NCBI GenBank assembly: GCA_043778225.1
Contig: JAYWGM010000075.1
Span: 11,747-75,746 of the forward strand
Length of the DNA stretch: 64,000 nt
Direction of reading: 5' to 3'
Origin: Deinococcales bacterium
Lineage (GTDB): Bacteria; Deinococcota; Deinococci; Deinococcales; JAAFIG01
Every line of letters begins with the position of its first letter. Positions within the stretch are counted from its first letter, which is position 1. Shown one piece after another: positions 56,613 through 64,000 of this stretch. The position numbers and the translations under genes are program-made. The notes beneath the pieces were generated by a model. That model saw only the letters and a program-made list of their open reading frames with translations. It was not told the origin of the DNA and ran no database searches.

Positions 56613-57563
56613 TCAGTAAGCTCGTCGAACCACAGTCATGCCTTGGGTCTCGAGCCAATCAGCCACCACACCAACTGCTTTTTTGACTCCGGAAGTGATT
56701 AAAGGCTGACCAAACGACTCGAGTTGGGCAATAATCCGCCCGTCTTCGTTTTGACCTACGCCAATCAAAAGTTCTTGGGCATAATCGGGTTCTTCGACCC
56801 GCGCCAAAATAATCAGGCGGTTTGCTCGAGCAAATGACTCGAGTAAAATGACGGTGCTGTTCTCGAATCGGGCAACGGTTTTTTCTAAGGGCTGGGCTGG
56901 AATGATTCCAGTCAACTGAGCGTGTGGCATAACTTTTTCCTTTTGAATCTCGAGCCGCCTAAATTCTTGACTCGAGCTTTTTTTGACGCGAAAACGAAGG
57001 TGCTGGATGCTTAACCCTTGCTGCTGCCAGCGCATGGCATATTTGGTTTGCAGGGCAGCCGCCGGCGGTTCGGTGCTGACAACCGAGAATAAACCAGTGC
57101 TATCGGCTTGCTCGAGTGCAAATTCGGCATAGGGCGGATGGTCGGTGGTCAGCCACAACTCGCCATTTGGAGCAAAACGACTCGATAAAAGCTCGAAAGT
57201 CTCGGCACGGACAAAACGGTGTTCTTGGTGTTTTTCCTTAAACCACGGGTCTGGAAAATTCAGGTAAAGCCGCTCGATGCTTTTTTCGGGCAGGGCATTA
57301 CGGATTAAAAACTCGGCGCTGATTCGCGTCAGTACAGCATTATCGCCAATACCAGCCGCTTTATAGCGGGTAAAAGCCTTTTGCAAACTGACCCCAGAAA
57401 CTTCTAAGCCCAGATAATTGACTGCCCCCTCGAGCTTATGCTGTTCTGCCCAAAAACGCCCATCGCCAAAACCAACCTCGAGAAAAAGTGGATAAGGCTG
57501 GGTAAATAAATCCTCGAGTGGTTGTGGGTACAAAAATTGATTAGGTCGTAAAAATCGCGGCAT
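56613..57563 (-). CDS. trmB: tRNA (guanine46-N7)-methyltransferase, long form with C-terminal extension
   Basis: LEVGFGDGRF...LGLEV...YLNFPDPWFKEKHQEHR. The ~316-aa length matches the long Thermus-type TrmB as I recall it. Confidence 0.85.
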   Translation of the reverse strand: MPRFLRPNQFLYPQPLEDLFTQPYPLFLEVGFGDGRFWAEQHKLEGAVNYLGLEVSGVSLQKAFTRYKAAGIGDNAVLTRISAEFLIRNALPEKSIERLYLNFPDPWFKEKHQEHRFVRAETFELLSSRFAPNGELWLTTDHPPYAEFALEQADSTGLFSVVSTEPPAAALQTKYAMRWQQQGLSIQHLRFRVKKSSSQEFRRLEIQKEKVMPHAQLTGIIPAQPLEKTVARFENSTVILLESFARANRLIILARVEEPDYAQELLIGVGQNEDGRIIAQLESFGQPLITSGVKKAVGVVADWLETQGMTVVRRAY

Positions 57564-57640
57564 CGCGCAAGATTATAACGAGTTTTATGAACGGCTTAAA
57601 ACTGATTGCCTAAACATAAAATTGAGACTAGACTGGAGTC

Positions 57641-58237
57641 ATGCCATACAGCAGTTTTAACTTATCCACGGTTTTTAAGCAATTTGAATTGCTGCAAGCC
57701 ACAGTGACCACATTGCCACTCGAGTTTGAGACCATAACGCCATCAGGTATCCTTATCAATACCTTAGAGCGTGGTGTAAGTATTGCGGTCAGGCAAGCCA
57801 CAGAAAAAGCCCGAAGTGAGTTTATTATTGCGCCGATTTTACTCGAGGTTTGTAGTATTGTCGGTAAATCCATTTCTGTTTTCAGTGGGATTGAATTTAA
57901 CGTGGACAGCGAGCAAGGCTTGGTCGGGGTTTGCGATTTTTTGTTTTCGCGCTCGAGTCAGCAAATGTTTTTAGAAGCTCCTGTACTGACCATAGTTGAA
58001 GCCAAAAACGAGAATTTTAAGCAAGGCATTGCCCAAGCAGCAGCCGAAATGGTGGCGGCTCAGATTTTTAATCAGCGCGAAGGAAAACCACAAGCACGTA
58101 TTTATGGCGCAGTGACCATCGGGAACGAGTGGCAATTTATGATGCTCGAGCATAAAACCTTAACCATAGATGACCGCTTTTATGACCTCGATGACTTGCC
58201 CAGCATTCTTGGGATTTTAGTCGCCATGTTGCGCTGA
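57641..58237 (+). CDS. PD-(D/E)XK nuclease-fold protein (HsdR-N-like), paralogue 2
   Basis: Collinear with 30769..31365 (EKARSEFIIAPILLEV, EFNVDSEQGL, VEAKNENFKQGIAQA, LGILVAML). Confidence 0.7.
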   Translation: MPYSSFNLSTVFKQFELLQATVTTLPLEFETITPSGILINTLERGVSIAVRQATEKARSEFIIAPILLEVCSIVGKSISVFSGIEFNVDSEQGLVGVCDFLFSRSSQQMFLEAPVLTIVEAKNENFKQGIAQAAAEMVAAQIFNQREGKPQARIYGAVTIGNEWQFMMLEHKTLTIDDRFYDLDDLPSILGILVAMLR

Positions 58238-58258
58238 TTCTCGAGTAGACTGACCAGC

Positions 58259-58951
58259 GTGAAATTTCGTTATTTTGATTTAATTCTGGCTGCCTTTGCG
58301 GTTTGCTTGGTAGTTTCTAACATTGCCAGCACCAAAGTTGCCACCTTAGACCTTGGATTTTGGAAACCGATTTTTGACGGTGGGACGTTTTTATTTCCGA
58401 TTACTTATATTTTTGGCGATGTCCTGACCGAGGTCTACGGCTATAAAAACGCACGGCGAGTGATTTGGTTTGGACTGGGCGCGAGTCTTTTCTCGAGCCT
58501 TGTTTTTGCTTTGGTCGGGCTATTACCAACCCACGACTCGAGTTTTACCAAAGGTGCATTTGAAACCGTGCTGGGCTTTGTGCCGCAGATTGTGCTGGCA
58601 AGTTTGGTGGCGTTTTTCTTTGGCGAATTTTTGAACAGTTATGTGCTGGCTAAACTCAAAATCGTCACGGCTGGCAAGTTTTTTGCGGCTCGAGCCATCG
58701 GTAGTACACTGGTTGGACAAGCCGCCGATACGCTGATTTTTACTTTTATTGCCTTTGGAATTGGGGCTGGGGCTGTGCCAAACGAAGTGCTTTGGAGCAT
58801 TATTTTCACCAATTATCTTTATAAAGTTGGACTCGAGGTGCTGCTGACTCCGCTGACCACACTGGTGGTACAAAAATTAAAACGTGCCGAAGGTGTGGAT
58901 AGTTTTGACCATAGTACCAACTTCAATCCATTTGCACTGCGTCATCAGTGA
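58259..58951 (+). CDS. Queuosine-precursor transporter (YhhQ/DUF165)
   Basis: GGTFLFPITYIFGDVLTEVYGY and QAADTLIF motifs with about 6 TM helices. GTG start. Confidence 0.82.
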   Translation: MKFRYFDLILAAFAVCLVVSNIASTKVATLDLGFWKPIFDGGTFLFPITYIFGDVLTEVYGYKNARRVIWFGLGASLFSSLVFALVGLLPTHDSSFTKGAFETVLGFVPQIVLASLVAFFFGEFLNSYVLAKLKIVTAGKFFAARAIGSTLVGQAADTLIFTFIAFGIGAGAVPNEVLWSIIFTNYLYKVGLEVLLTPLTTLVVQKLKRAEGVDSFDHSTNFNPFALRHQ

Positions 58952-59011
58952 CTGCAATCTGGCTTACAACTGGGTTGAAAATCCCATCGCTCTTGCTCCA
59001 GACTTAACATT

Positions 59012-59935
59012 ATGAGTCAAGGCTTAAAAATTGTCGTCACAGGTGCTACTGGTTACGTCGGACATTATGTATTGCGCGAACTGCTCGAACGTGGACACGA
59101 GGTTACAGCCATCTCGAGAAGTGGCGCAAAATCCAGCACCGCCAGTGGTAAAAACTTAGCAACCTTTGATGGGGTCAAATACATTGGGGCAGATGTGGCG
59201 ACCGGGCGCAACCTCGAGACCGCTTTTGCTGGGGCAGATGCCGTGGTTCATTTGGTTGGGATAATTAGCGAACACAAAGACCAGACTTTTGCAAATGTTC
59301 ATGTGGGCGGCACAAAAAATGTGCTTGAGGCAGCCAAAAAAGCTGGAGTCAAACGCTATTTGCACATGAGCGCTTTGGGGGCGGCTGCCAATGCGATGAG
59401 TGGTTACTCGAGTTCTAAATTTGCTGCCGAAGAATTGGTGCGTGCCAGTGGTCTCGAGTACACGATTTTTCGCCCAAGCCTGATTTTTGGTCAGGGTGAC
59501 GATTTTTTTGGACGGGTCTTAAAAAACTTGGTCTCGAGTGCGCCAATCGTGCCACAAATTGGTGATGGTAGCTTTCCATTCAGACCAGTCTGGGTCGGCG
59601 ATGTAGCTGCCTGCTTTGCCCAAGCGCTTGATATACCCCAGACCATCGGACAAAATTACGATTTGGTCGGCAGCCAAGAATTTAGTTTCAAAGAACTGTT
59701 GCACCTCGAGATGAAGGCTCTTGGCATCAAAAAACCGATTATCCCAGCCCCAATTTTTTTCATGGACATCGCCGTACCATTAATGCAGATTTTAGGCTCG
59801 CTCGCCCCGATTACCACCCATCAGTACGCAATGCTCAAAGCTGGCAACACCGCCGACCCAAGCAAGATGAACGCTACTTTTAAGCTCGAGAACAAAAGTT
59901 TGGAGACCGAATTGCCGAAGTTACTCAAGTCATAA
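59012..59935 (+). CDS. NAD(P)H-binding SDR (NDUFA9/NmrA-like)
   Basis: VVTGATGYVGHYV Rossmann motif and YSSSK catalytic pattern. Confidence 0.82.
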   Translation: MSQGLKIVVTGATGYVGHYVLRELLERGHEVTAISRSGAKSSTASGKNLATFDGVKYIGADVATGRNLETAFAGADAVVHLVGIISEHKDQTFANVHVGGTKNVLEAAKKAGVKRYLHMSALGAAANAMSGYSSSKFAAEELVRASGLEYTIFRPSLIFGQGDDFFGRVLKNLVSSAPIVPQIGDGSFPFRPVWVGDVAACFAQALDIPQTIGQNYDLVGSQEFSFKELLHLEMKALGIKKPIIPAPIFFMDIAVPLMQILGSLAPITTHQYAMLKAGNTADPSKMNATFKLENKSLETELPKLLKS

Positions 59936-59980
59936 GCCCACGTTGTTACTCAAGCCATAAGCCCACGTTGTTACTTAGAC
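59920..59980 (+). repeat. 25-bp tandem repeat spanning the stop codon (GTTACTCAAGYCATAAGCCCACGTT, x about 2.4)
   Basis: Copies at 59920-59944 and 59945-59969, with a partial copy from 59970. Confidence 0.9.
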
Positions 59981-60047
59981 ATCTAAAAACCATCAAGCGC
60001 TCGTAAATCCTTTTAAGGCAGCCAGTTATTGCCTACCAAGGAGATTT

Positions 60048-60902
60048 ATGAAAATAGAAAAACCATTGATTGCCGTTGCCGCTTTGGCTGTGCTTTTTGG
60101 GGCTTGCGCTCCAATGAGTGCCTCGAGTACACCAGCAGGACGCACCATGTACGCCACCACCCAAGACAACCGCTTGGTTAAATTTGGCTCGGAGAACCCA
60201 ACCTCGAGCGCCTCGAGCATCGGTTTTGGCGGTTTAGCGGCTGGAGAAGTGATGCTTGGGATTGATTTTGGTCCTCGAGATGGCAAATTGTACGGGGTTA
60301 GCAATCAGAACCGTATTTTCACGATTGACCCAACCACGGGCAACAGCACCCCAATTGGCTCGAGTGCCTTTGCTCCGGGGATTACAGGCGCAGCCATTGG
60401 CATGGATTTTAACCCAACTGTCAATCGGATTCGGATTCATTCAGATGCTGACTACAACGCCCGCTTAAACCAAGAAACAGGTGCAGTTGTGGATTTTGAT
60501 GCGGCGATGGCTGGAATTCAGACCGATTTAGCCCTGAATTACAACGCCACCGATTCTGGCGCAAATGCCAACCCAAGTGTGGTTGCCAGTGCCTACACCA
60601 ACAGCAACGCCACTGCGACCACCACGACTTTATTTGCCATAGACTCGACCCGCGATGTGCTGGTGAGTGTTGCTCCGCCCAACGATGGAAAACTGACCAC
60701 AGTTGGCGCACTTGGCACAGACACTGGTGCAGCTTCGGGGTTTGACATCAGTGGTGCAGCCGACGGAACAGCTTTTGCGACCCTTTCGGCTGTGGGCGGT
60801 TTCTCAAGCCTCTATAAAATTAATTTACAGAATGGTCAGGCAACTTTGGTCGGGGCAGTTGGCGGGAGTTTGACTTTAACTGGTTTAGCGATTGCTCCGT
60901 AA
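60048..60902 (+). CDS. DUF4394-domain secreted protein
   Basis: Signal/lipobox AVLFGAC. LVKFGSENP...GIDFGPRDGKLYGVS...IFTIDPTTG...GMDFNP is the DUF4394 pattern. Confidence 0.8.
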   Translation: MKIEKPLIAVAALAVLFGACAPMSASSTPAGRTMYATTQDNRLVKFGSENPTSSASSIGFGGLAAGEVMLGIDFGPRDGKLYGVSNQNRIFTIDPTTGNSTPIGSSAFAPGITGAAIGMDFNPTVNRIRIHSDADYNARLNQETGAVVDFDAAMAGIQTDLALNYNATDSGANANPSVVASAYTNSNATATTTTLFAIDSTRDVLVSVAPPNDGKLTTVGALGTDTGAASGFDISGAADGTAFATLSAVGGFSSLYKINLQNGQATLVGAVGGSLTLTGLAIAP

Positions 60903-60917
60903 GGCTTTAGGAAATTA

Positions 60918-60948
60918 AAGCCCGTTCTCGAGACTCGAGAACGGGCTT
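60918..60948. terminator. 15-bp perfect hairpin containing two CTCGAG sites (AAGCCCGTTCTCGAG-a-CTCGAGAACGGGCTT)
   Basis: Read directly, between convergent genes 60048..60902 and korB. Confidence 0.75.
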
Positions 60949-60968
60949 ACTTTATTACCTTTTGACCT

Positions 60969-62009
60969 TTAGGCGTAGCTTGCCATAACCTTATCAAGGC
61001 TTTCACGGTTTGGTCGGGTCAGGCTTTCTGGCAAAAGCGCCAACGCGGTATCATGGACGTGTTCGGTGTCTATTAAAGTGCGGCGGCTTTCATTGAGGTA
61101 CACCAAGCCCGTCACCAATTCGCCACTGCGCTGACCGTCTTGCAGTAACTTTAAGGCGCTGAGTTTATCGGTTGGGTTGTGGTCTTTGGAAAGTTTTTTA
61201 AGTTGAATCGTTGGACCTTCGTGCAGCTTGACGCTCAGGACTTCGCCGGGTTCGTAATCCACAGCAATTTCGTTAAAATCTTGAACAAATGTAATATCGT
61301 GAATCGGCACTTCGTGTTCTTTACCGTAACTGTAACTCTTGGTACTGCTTTCGTCGTTATTAAAAGTGACGCAGGGCGAAATAATATCCAGCACCGCAAT
61401 ACCGTTAAAGCTCAAGGCTGCTTTTAAGAGTTCGGTGACTTGTTTGGCATCGCCAGCAAAACTACGGGCTACAAAACCAGCCCCTGCCACGATTGCTTCA
61501 GCGCACAAATCGAGCGGCGGTTGTTCATTTGTGCCAGCGTATTTGAGGGTTTGCCCTTCGTCGGCAGTGGCGCTAAATTGACCCTTGGTTAAACCATACA
61601 CACCATTATTTTCGATGATGTAAACCATCGGAACATTGCGGCGCACAATATGCTTAAACTGCCCAAGTCCAATGCTGCCAGAGTCGCCGTCGCCCGAGAC
61701 TCCAATTGCCGTCTGGTGGCGTTGTGCCAACATTGCACCCGTGGCAACGCTCGGCATCCGCCCGTGAACCGTGTTGATGCCGTGTGCGCCGTTCATAAAA
61801 TAAGCTGGCGATTTACTCGAGCAACCAATACCGCTTAGTTTCATGACTTCGTGGGGCTTTAAGCCAATTTGGTATGCCGCGTCAATAATTCGCATCGAGA
61901 TGCTGTCGTGTCCGCAACCGGGGCAAAGGGTACTGGTTAAACCTTTGTAATCGGCTTTGGTCAGTCCAACGCTGTTGGTATTTTCGGGCTTGGGGGCAAC
62001 TGCAGTCAT
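60969..62009 (-). CDS. korB: 2-oxoglutarate/2-oxoacid:ferredoxin oxidoreductase beta subunit
   Basis: CPGCGH, TPP-binding GDGDSGSIG...NNGVYGLTKGQ. ORF 60969..62030 trimmed to the ATG at 62009 (AAGGAG SD, 1 nt after the korA stop). Confidence 0.9.
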   Translation of the reverse strand: MTAVAPKPENTNSVGLTKADYKGLTSTLCPGCGHDSISMRIIDAAYQIGLKPHEVMKLSGIGCSSKSPAYFMNGAHGINTVHGRMPSVATGAMLAQRHQTAIGVSGDGDSGSIGLGQFKHIVRRNVPMVYIIENNGVYGLTKGQFSATADEGQTLKYAGTNEQPPLDLCAEAIVAGAGFVARSFAGDAKQVTELLKAALSFNGIAVLDIISPCVTFNNDESSTKSYSYGKEHEVPIHDITFVQDFNEIAVDYEPGEVLSVKLHEGPTIQLKKLSKDHNPTDKLSALKLLQDGQRSGELVTGLVYLNESRRTLIDTEHVHDTALALLPESLTRPNRESLDKVMASYA

Positions 62010-62010
62010 G

Positions 62011-63843
62011 TTATTTGACTCCTTTGGCAAGGGATTGGGTCACTCGAGTGGCGACAAATTCACCACTCAGCGGCAAGCCGTCGCAGTGGGCAATGCTGTG
62101 AATCCGCACCGCAAATTCTGGATACTCGGTGCGTAGCAAAATCGCCAATTGACCATGCTGGTTCATTTCAACCACAATCACTTTTTCGTGGTTGGCAATA
62201 AATTCTTGGACTTCTGCGCCAAATGGCAACGCCCGAACTCGCATATAGTCGGTTGCAACACCATCCTGAGCCAGCATCACTCGACCTTCGACCATGGCTG
62301 GGTCTACGCTGCCCATCGCAATTAAGCCAAGGCTCGAGCCAGAGCCATCTATGATGGCTTTTGGCACAATGTCTCGGGCGTGGTTGTGCTTACGGTCTAA
62401 ACGCGCCAAGTTGTCCTGCCAGTCTTTGGGGCGTTCGGAATAGGTTGCCAGGTCGGTGTGACCCGTGCCTCGAGTAAAGTAGGCTGCGCCCATTGCGTCT
62501 GTTCCTGGCAAAGTGCGCGGTCCAACGCCTAAGCCGTCTACGTCTTTATAGCGGGCAAAAGTATAGCCAGCATTTTTGACATCTTCGGCGCTTAAAACCT
62601 TACCACGATTCATTGGCTCGGTTGGGTATTCAAATGGCTCGGACATCCAGATGTTCATGCCCAAATCCAAATCGGAATTGACAAAAACTGGAGTTTGTAG
62701 TTGGTCAGCCAAGTCAAAGGCTCGCCAGCCAAACTCAAAGCATTCTTTGGGGTCAGACGGCAGCAACACAATATGTTTGGTGTCGCCGTGCGACAAGTAA
62801 TAGGTGCTGAGTAAATCGCCCTGCGAGACTCGAGTCGGCAAACCAGTGCTTGGACCCATGCGCTGGACATTCCAAATCACAATTGGCACTTCGGCAAAAT
62901 AGGCATAACCCGCAAATTCGGACATTAAGGAAATTCCAGGACCCGAAGTGCTGGTCATGGCTCGAGCGCCAGCCCAGCCAGCCCCAATCAGCATCCCGAT
63001 AGCCGCAAGTTCGTCTTCGGCTTGGACAATTGCAAAAGTGGCTTTGCCCGTTTCTTTGTCTTGGCGCAGCTTTGGCATCCATTCAATCATGCCGTCGGCA
63101 AGGCTGGTGGCTGGGGTAATTGGATACCATGCCAGCACCGTGCAGCCACCATAAATTCCGCCGAGTGCGCCAGCCATATTGCCATCTATAAGAATTTTAC
63201 CTTTGGTGGCATCCATTCGTTCAACACGGTATGGGTCGGATTTTGTAAGGTTGGCAGCGCACCAGTCAAAAGCGGCTTTGGCAATACTGAAATTACTCTC
63301 GACAACTTTGGTTTTGCCAGCGAAGTTTTTGTTTAAGTAGGCATAGATTGTCTCCATCTCGATGCCAATGACTTGCGCCACTGCACCGACATAGACTAAG
63401 TTAATCATGCGGTCTCGAAATTTGGGGTCTACATTTTGTTCTTTCATAATGGCATTGGCGGGCAACGCATAGACACTGACATCATCTCTCGAGCCAACCA
63501 ACTTGATGTTGTCGGGGTAAAACATCACGCCGCCCGTTGGCAAAGTACGGAAATCTTCTTCGATAGATTTGGCATTAAACGCCACCAGAATTTCGGAGTT
63601 ATCGCGCCGCGCTGTAAAACCCGCCCCACTGGCACGTATCGAATACCAAGTTGGTAGCCCTTTGATGTTGCTCGGGAATAAATTCTTAGCGTTGACCGGA
63701 ATACCCATTTGAAATAAGGCATTGACAAGCGTAGCGTTGGCGGTCTGTGAACCTGAACCGTTGACCGTAGCGACGTTAATCGTAAAATCATTGATTATCG
63801 GAGCGCGATTGGTGCTGACTGGACGTTCTGCGAGTTGCGTCAT
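62011..63843 (-). CDS. korA: 2-oxoglutarate/2-oxoacid:ferredoxin oxidoreductase alpha subunit
   Basis: 610 aa with a fused gamma-like N-domain (NVATVNGSGSQTAN) and the alpha domain (YPITPATS...). Confidence 0.9.
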   Translation of the reverse strand: MTQLAERPVSTNRAPIINDFTINVATVNGSGSQTANATLVNALFQMGIPVNAKNLFPSNIKGLPTWYSIRASGAGFTARRDNSEILVAFNAKSIEEDFRTLPTGGVMFYPDNIKLVGSRDDVSVYALPANAIMKEQNVDPKFRDRMINLVYVGAVAQVIGIEMETIYAYLNKNFAGKTKVVESNFSIAKAAFDWCAANLTKSDPYRVERMDATKGKILIDGNMAGALGGIYGGCTVLAWYPITPATSLADGMIEWMPKLRQDKETGKATFAIVQAEDELAAIGMLIGAGWAGARAMTSTSGPGISLMSEFAGYAYFAEVPIVIWNVQRMGPSTGLPTRVSQGDLLSTYYLSHGDTKHIVLLPSDPKECFEFGWRAFDLADQLQTPVFVNSDLDLGMNIWMSEPFEYPTEPMNRGKVLSAEDVKNAGYTFARYKDVDGLGVGPRTLPGTDAMGAAYFTRGTGHTDLATYSERPKDWQDNLARLDRKHNHARDIVPKAIIDGSGSSLGLIAMGSVDPAMVEGRVMLAQDGVATDYMRVRALPFGAEVQEFIANHEKVIVVEMNQHGQLAILLRTEYPEFAVRIHSIAHCDGLPLSGEFVATRVTQSLAKGVK

Positions 63844-64000
63844 CGAAAAAGTACCTCGAGAGAAAAGAAAGAATTTTTAGCTCGAGCCACCGTGACCCGA
63901 GTACCGCCCTGCATTTTAGCAAACTCGAGGACTCGAGAATGGGCATTTTGCCCACAGAGTTTACGTGCCTTTGACGGGGACAACAAGAATTGCCCTATAC

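Noticed and set aside
1-64000. The CTCGAG excess as a cloning, linker or assembly artefact
   Set aside because: The sites are embedded in-frame in conserved protein motifs of many unrelated genes. They occur in all three frames and in native hairpins, with no repeated flanking linker sequence.

Overview
This is a 64-kb chromosomal window of moderate GC with about 64 protein-coding genes. I recognised no rRNA or tRNA genes, no CRISPR array and no transposase.

Gene content points to a Deinococcus-Thermus (Deinococcota) organism. The evidence is a LysW-pathway kinase LysZ almost collinear with Thermus LysZ, an IrrE/PprI-type metalloprotease, a long-form TrmB, a Uma2 nuclease and DUF4397/DUF4394 envelope proteins.

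Core genes are lysZ, tmk, radA with a PIN/TRAM gene, potABC, suhB-like, hisS, aspS, trmB, yhhQ-like and korAB. Signalling genes include two histidine kinases, an OmpR-type regulator, an HD-GYP protein, a CHASE-PAS-GGDEF-EAL protein and an AfsR/SARP-like STAND regulator. An accessory stretch at about 29-41 kb carries an esterase, a P450 with a kinase, MarR, GNAT, small alpha/beta-barrel paralogues, cupins, vapBC and a tyrosine recombinase.

The strongest signal is not a gene. The palindrome CTCGAG occurs roughly 360 times by my hand scan, against about 16 expected for a random hexamer in 64 kb. It lies in all three reading frames, on both strands and in intergenic DNA, and it often forms the stems of terminator-like hairpins. 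This resembles a HIP1-style highly iterated palindrome with a different word.

Other notable signals:
- A 50-nt conserved intergenic element in four copies, containing TGTGA-N6-TCAC and TCACGA-N11-TCGTGA palindromes.
- Three promoters with GCGACGCT direct repeats at 11-bp phasing placed 8 bp from a -10 box, next to the SARP-like regulator.
- A duplicated leader module in front of two paralogous small genes.
- A truncated ABC permease gene joined to a truncated binding-protein gene.
- Tandem duplications that span stop codons.
- A GGTYAAAR short-repeat family.
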